Origin: Candidatus Binatia bacterium | GTDB taxonomy: Bacteria > Desulfobacterota > Binatia > UBA9968 > JAJDTQ01 | Reading direction: 5' to 3' | NCBI GenBank assembly: GCA_963666515.2 | Contig: OY762897.2 | Coordinates: 3,072,001 to 3,136,000 of the forward strand | DNA: 64,000 nucleotides | In this document: positions 59,934-64,000 of the stretch, piece after piece | Layout of the letters: each line of letters opens with the position of its first letter | Numbering within the stretch: position 1 is the first letter of the stretch | Program-made: the position numbers and the translations under genes | Notes under the pieces: generated by a model | What the model was told of the DNA's origin: nothing | Database searches by the model: none | What the model saw: the letters and a program-made list of their open reading frames with translations, nothing else

Positions 59934-60395
59934 TCAGAGGTCCCTTTCCTTCTCCTCGATGAGGCTGACCACCTCCTCGGGCGTCTGGACGCGCATCAGG
60001 TGTTCCCGGAGCGAGGCGTCCTTCACCAGCCGGGATACACGAGCCAGCGCGCTCAGGTGCTCGGAGGTGGAGCCTTCGGGGGCCACCAGCAGGAAGAAGA
60101 GGTGCGTCGGGGCGCCGTCCTGGGCGTCGAAATCGACCCCTTCGGGGCTGCGGGCGAAGGCGACGAACACGCGCTCCAGTCCCGGCAGCTTGCCGTGGGG
60201 GATGGCGACCCCTTCCCCGATGGCGGTGCTGCATATCCTTTCGCGCGCGCGGACCACCTCGAGCAACCGTTGCGAGTCCTCGAACCCGTAGTGGCTCGAC
60301 ACCCTCGTCACGATCTCTTCGAGCACGGCAGACTTCTCCCGGGCCTGGAGGCTCGGAATGACCGCCTCGGCATCCAGAACGTCGGTGATTCGCAA
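59934..60395 (-). CDS. ptsN: PTS IIA (Ntr-type)
   Basis: RE...STAIGEGVAIPH; rpoN operon context; TTG start. Confidence 0.9.
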   Translation of the reverse strand: MRITDVLDAEAVIPSLQAREKSAVLEEIVTRVSSHYGFEDSQRLLEVVRARERICSTAIGEGVAIPHGKLPGLERVFVAFARSPEGVDFDAQDGAPTHLFFLLVAPEGSTSEHLSALARVSRLVKDASLREHLMRVQTPEEVVSLIEEKERDL

Positions 60396-60423
60396 CCGCT
60401 ACCCCCTTTGTCGACGCGCCGTC

Positions 60424-61872
60424 TCAGTCCGGCGCGGCCCGATCGTTGGCGAAAGGCTGCCGCCGCCGGGACGACGGCAGGATGCCGAGCTGTTCCCGGT
60501 ACTTGGCGACGGTCCGGCGCGCGATGTCGATGCCGACGCCTTGCAGCGCGCCGGCGATCTCCTGGTCGCTCATGGGTTCCCCGGGATCCTCGGACTCCAC
60601 CAGCTTCCTGATCTCGTCCCGGACCGATTCCGAGGATACCACGGCGGCGCCGTCGTTGCGGGCGATGCCGCTCTGAAAGAAGAATTTCAACTCGAACACG
60701 CCCTGGGGCGTATGGGCATACTTGTTGGAGGTGGCGCGGCTGACCGTGGACGGGTGCATGCCGATCTCCGACGCGACCTCGCGCAGCACCAGCGGCCTCA
60801 GACCGGCGACGCCGCGGTCCAGGAACTCGCGCTGGAAACGGAAAATGCTCTCGCTGACCCGGTAGAGGGTCTGCTGGCGCCAGTGGATGCTCTTGATGAG
60901 CCACATCGCGGCGCGGACCTTGGTATCCAGGTACTCCCGCGCTTGGCGGACGTCTTCTCCCCGCTGGCCGGCCAGACGCTGCACCAGCGGACTGACGCGC
61001 AGCGGCGGGACGCCGTCGTCGTTGAGCAAAACGAAGTATTCCCCCGCCACCTTCTGAACGGTTACGTCGGGGATGATGGTGAGGACCTCGTCGTCGTCGA
61101 AACCCCGCGCCGGCTTGGGCTCCAGACAGCCGATGAGGTGGGCGGCCTCGATCACTTCCTCCAGGCCGACGCCCAGGTCCGCCGCTATCCTGTCGTAGTG
61201 CCTGTACTCCAGGTCGTGCAGGTGGTTGGCCACCATCCTGGCGGCCACGCTCTCTCCCATCCCCGCATTGTGGAGCTGCAGCAGCAGGCATTCGCGCAGG
61301 TCCCGCGCGGCGACGCCCACGGGGTCGAAGAACTGGACGTACGCCAGCACCTCTTCGACCGCATCGGGCGGGGCGTGGACCAGTTCGCCGATCTCCTCCA
61401 CCGACGCCTCCAGGTAGCCCCGTTCATCGAGGTTGCCGATGATGTACGCGCCGATGCGCTCGCCGGTCCGGTCCAGCCCGGCCATGCGGAGCTGCCAGAG
61501 CAGGTGTTCCTGGAGCGTCTCCCGGCGGGTCACCGTGTTCTCCAGCGACGGGAAATCGGCCTCGTCCCGGACCGCCTCGGCGCTCCCCACGTCGTGGCGG
61601 GAATTGGAGTGGTTGTCCAGGTAGTCCTGCCAGTCCGCGATCCGGTCGGTGACCGTCATTTCGTGGATCGCTTCCGGCTCGCGCACCGTCCCGGCGCCGC
61701 CGTCTTCGTCGTCGTGCCCCTCCTCCAGGGCGGGGTTGTCCTGCAGTTCCTCGGAGATCCGTTGCTGGAGGTCGAGGTGGGAGAGTTGAAGGAGCTTGAT
61801 GGCCTGCTGCAACTGGGGCGTCATCACCAGTTGCGGCGCGAGTTTCTGCGAGAGCTTGATTCCGAGAGCCAT
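60424..61872 (-). CDS. rpoN: RNA polymerase sigma-54 factor
   Basis: MTPQLQQAIKLLQL, HPSTVSR, ARRTVAKYR RpoN box. Confidence 0.97.
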   Translation of the reverse strand: MALGIKLSQKLAPQLVMTPQLQQAIKLLQLSHLDLQQRISEELQDNPALEEGHDDEDGGAGTVREPEAIHEMTVTDRIADWQDYLDNHSNSRHDVGSAEAVRDEADFPSLENTVTRRETLQEHLLWQLRMAGLDRTGERIGAYIIGNLDERGYLEASVEEIGELVHAPPDAVEEVLAYVQFFDPVGVAARDLRECLLLQLHNAGMGESVAARMVANHLHDLEYRHYDRIAADLGVGLEEVIEAAHLIGCLEPKPARGFDDDEVLTIIPDVTVQKVAGEYFVLLNDDGVPPLRVSPLVQRLAGQRGEDVRQAREYLDTKVRAAMWLIKSIHWRQQTLYRVSESIFRFQREFLDRGVAGLRPLVLREVASEIGMHPSTVSRATSNKYAHTPQGVFELKFFFQSGIARNDGAAVVSSESVRDEIRKLVESEDPGEPMSDQEIAGALQGVGIDIARRTVAKYREQLGILPSSRRRQPFANDRAAPD

Positions 61873-61876
61873 CGGA

Positions 61877-62599
61877 CTACAGCCTGAATCCCTCGCCCAG
61901 GTAGACCTTGCGCGCCTTGTCGCTGGAGGCGATGTCGTCCGGGGTCCCCTCGGCCAGGACCACGCCTCCGCTGAGGATATAGGCGCGCGTGCATATCTCC
62001 AGGGTTTCCCTGACGTTGTGATCCGTGATCAGCACCCCGATCCCGGCGCCGGTCAGCCGTTGAACGACGGACTTGATATCGGCCAGGGCGATGGGGTCGA
62101 CGCCGGTGAAGGGCTCATCCAGCAGCACGAAGAAAGGCGACAGGATCAGCGCGCGGGCGATCTCGACGCGCCGCCTCTCGCCCCCCGACAGGGTGTAGGC
62201 CTTCTGGTCGGCCAGTTGCGCCAGCCCGAACGTTTGCAGCAGCCGCCGGCTGCGTTCCTCCTCCTCGTCCCTGCCGAGTCCCAGGGTCTCGAGGATGGCC
62301 AGCAGGTTCTGCCTGACGGTGAGGCCCCGGAACACAGAAGACTCCTGCGGCAGGTAGCTGATGCCCGCCCGCGCCCGGCGGAAGATCGGCGCCGCGGTCA
62401 GGTCCGTCCCGTCGAGGCTGACCTTCCCTCCGTCGGCCCGGACCAGGCCGATGACGATGTGGAACAGGGTGGTCTTCCCCGCTCCGTTGGGCCCCAGCAG
62501 ACCGACGACCTCCCCGCTCCTTACTTCGAGCGTCACCCGGTCCACGACCCGACGGCCTCGATACGCCTTCACGATTCCATCTGCGTTGAGAACGCTCAT
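61877..62599 (-). CDS. lptB: LPS export ABC ATPase
   Basis: GPNGAGKT, YLPQE.SVF, LSGGERRR, DEPF, ITDHNV. Confidence 0.95.
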   Translation of the reverse strand: MSVLNADGIVKAYRGRRVVDRVTLEVRSGEVVGLLGPNGAGKTTLFHIVIGLVRADGGKVSLDGTDLTAAPIFRRARAGISYLPQESSVFRGLTVRQNLLAILETLGLGRDEEEERSRRLLQTFGLAQLADQKAYTLSGGERRRVEIARALILSPFFVLLDEPFTGVDPIALADIKSVVQRLTGAGIGVLITDHNVRETLEICTRAYILSGGVVLAEGTPDDIASSDKARKVYLGEGFRL

Positions 62600-62626
62600 C
62601 GCCCGGGAGGAAAACGCGTGGACCGT

Positions 62627-63181
62627 TCAGCGATTCAACTGTCCGGGGAAGATCACCGCCCGGACCCGCCCCTCGCTGTTCTCCACCACGCTGCGGTCCT
62701 CTTTCATGTAGATGGTGATGCGGTCGCCCGAGATGCTGCTGTCGCCCTCGCGCACGGTGGTGTTGCCGGTCACGGTGATGGTCTCCTTCACGCCGTCGAA
62801 GACGGCCTTGTCGCCGGTCATCTCGCGTCCCCCGTGGCGCACCTGAACGTTCCCTTCGGCGGCCACGCTCCTTAACCCTCCGTCGCCGGCGTCATAGCGC
62901 GCGGACAGCACGTCGCTGGTGATCCTGACGTCGTCCCGCTCCACCAGGACGTTGCCCTTGTAGATGATGGTGTTGCTGTTGCGCCGAAGCTCCATGGAGT
63001 CCGCGGTGATCACCACCGGGGTGTCCGTGTCCGCAAACAGGCCGCGGCCGGCCGGCGCCTTGCTCCCGGCGGCGCCCTCGGCCGCAAGTCCCGTGGAGAC
63101 GAGTCCCGCAGGGATCATCGCGTGCAGGAGCACGAGGACAGCGAGGCGGAACGCGCGTCCGGTTCGTGCGCTACAGGCCAT
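62627..63181 (-). CDS. lptA: LPS transport periplasmic protein LptA
   Basis: Signal peptide, OstA-like beta-jellyroll (I.AD, GNV, G..I), GRV..I.P; synteny. Confidence 0.85.
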   Translation of the reverse strand: MACSARTGRAFRLAVLVLLHAMIPAGLVSTGLAAEGAAGSKAPAGRGLFADTDTPVVITADSMELRRNSNTIIYKGNVLVERDDVRITSDVLSARYDAGDGGLRSVAAEGNVQVRHGGREMTGDKAVFDGVKETITVTGNTTVREGDSSISGDRITIYMKEDRSVVENSEGRVRAVIFPGQLNR

Positions 63182-63779
63182 CGGCCGCCCTCGATGGGCC
63201 GGGAAGCCCCGCGTGGATGGTGGTTTTCACGGCGCCCTGAACCTCTATGGTCCCGGTCGCCAGCGAGTAGGTCATGTTCTCACCCTCGAATTCGACCCCG
63301 TCCACCACGGCCCTGAACCTGCCGGGGCTGACGATACGGCCGTCGGAATGAAGGTAGACGAGCTTGTCGGTGCGAAACCTCGCGTCCCGGTAGGTCACGT
63401 CCACCGCGCCGTCGAAAACCGCCCGCCGCAGGCGCCCGCCCGGCAGAAAAACGTTCCCTTCCCGGCCCCTGGCCTCCAGTGTCCCGCCGTTCTCCCGGTA
63501 GAAGGCCAGCCGCGGACGGCTGATCGCGGCCCGCTCCTCGGCCTTGAACCAGGTGGCCTCGGCCCCCTTGATCTCCCACGCCTTGCGGCCGTCCTCGATC
63601 ATGCTCCGGTGGAAGTTCCTGACCTGCAACGGCACTCCGGGCGTGAATTGCAGCACGTCTCCAGGGTCCCGGCTCGCCTGCTCCCGCATGTGTTGCGCCA
63701 CCTCGATACCGACGAAGATCGTCCCGGCGGCCAGCACCAGCAGGAGCGACAACCGTTGCGATAACCGTTTGGACCGCAT
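63171..63779 (-). CDS. lptC: LPS export protein LptC
   Basis: Single N-terminal TM, W.I.G..A beta-jellyroll pattern; synteny. Confidence 0.75.
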   Translation of the reverse strand: MRSKRLSQRLSLLLVLAAGTIFVGIEVAQHMREQASRDPGDVLQFTPGVPLQVRNFHRSMIEDGRKAWEIKGAEATWFKAEERAAISRPRLAFYRENGGTLEARGREGNVFLPGGRLRRAVFDGAVDVTYRDARFRTDKLVYLHSDGRIVSPGRFRAVVDGVEFEGENMTYSLATGTIEVQGAVKTTIHAGLPGPSRAADGL

Positions 63780-63853
63780 CCAGGCTCCAGGCTCTTGGGA
63801 TAGCAACTCCATCATGGGGTGTAAAGAAGCGGGCATGAAATTTGCGTACACTT

Positions 63854-64000
63854 CTAGCGGTCGTACTCCTCAAGCAGGGCGTCCCACCGGCCGGTGAGGC
63901 GCAGCAGCAGTTCCGCCACCTCGCGCACGGCGCCGCGGCCGCCCTCACGGACGGTGACGTAGTGCGCGTGCGGTTTCAGGCCGTCCCAGGCATTCTTCAC
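63854..64000 (-). CDS. kdsC: KDO-8-phosphate phosphatase, 3' fragment
   Basis: Manual translation ..HAHYVTVREGGRGAVREVAELLL..; upstream of lptC. Confidence 0.8.
   Translation of the reverse strand: MKNAWDGLKPHAHYVTVREGGRGAVREVAELLLRLTGRWDALLEEYDR

Overview
High-GC bacterial chromosome segment. The gene order (lptCAB-rpoN-ptsN-rapZ-ptsH-metK-ahcY; xerC-hslVU-argBDFGH-lysA-dapFAB) looks deltaproteobacterial/Binatota-like, but this is an inference. The housekeeping blocks are interrupted by three notable modules. (1) A four-gene putative sterol/triterpenoid import-and-tailoring island at about 5.3-12.1 kb: an MMPL/RND transporter, a GPP34(GOLPH3)-cytochrome P450 fusion with a non-canonical I-helix, an ERG6/SMT-type sterol C-methyltransferase with altered catalytic motifs, and a Neverland/KshA-type Rieske oxygenase. 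A shared 35-bp cis element occurs twice, and there is no cyclase or redox partner. This is the best candidate for an undescribed system. (2) A b6f-like Rieske/cytochrome b operon with an uncalled 55-aa membrane subunit, an octaheme cytochrome c and a cupredoxin-like protein. (3) A lower-GC defence island at 46.7-55.4 kb: BrnTA, a decayed HigBA, a DUF5131-TcmP pair whose tcmP is cleanly split by an IS1634 (TTAA duplication), and a type IIG/ISP-like restriction-modification gene with a compositionally distinct C-terminal half. CGTC- and GTAG-type REP palindromes and several tiny gene remnants lie in intergenic regions. No rRNA, tRNA or CRISPR array was seen. All calls come from motif recognition by eye; no database searches were run.
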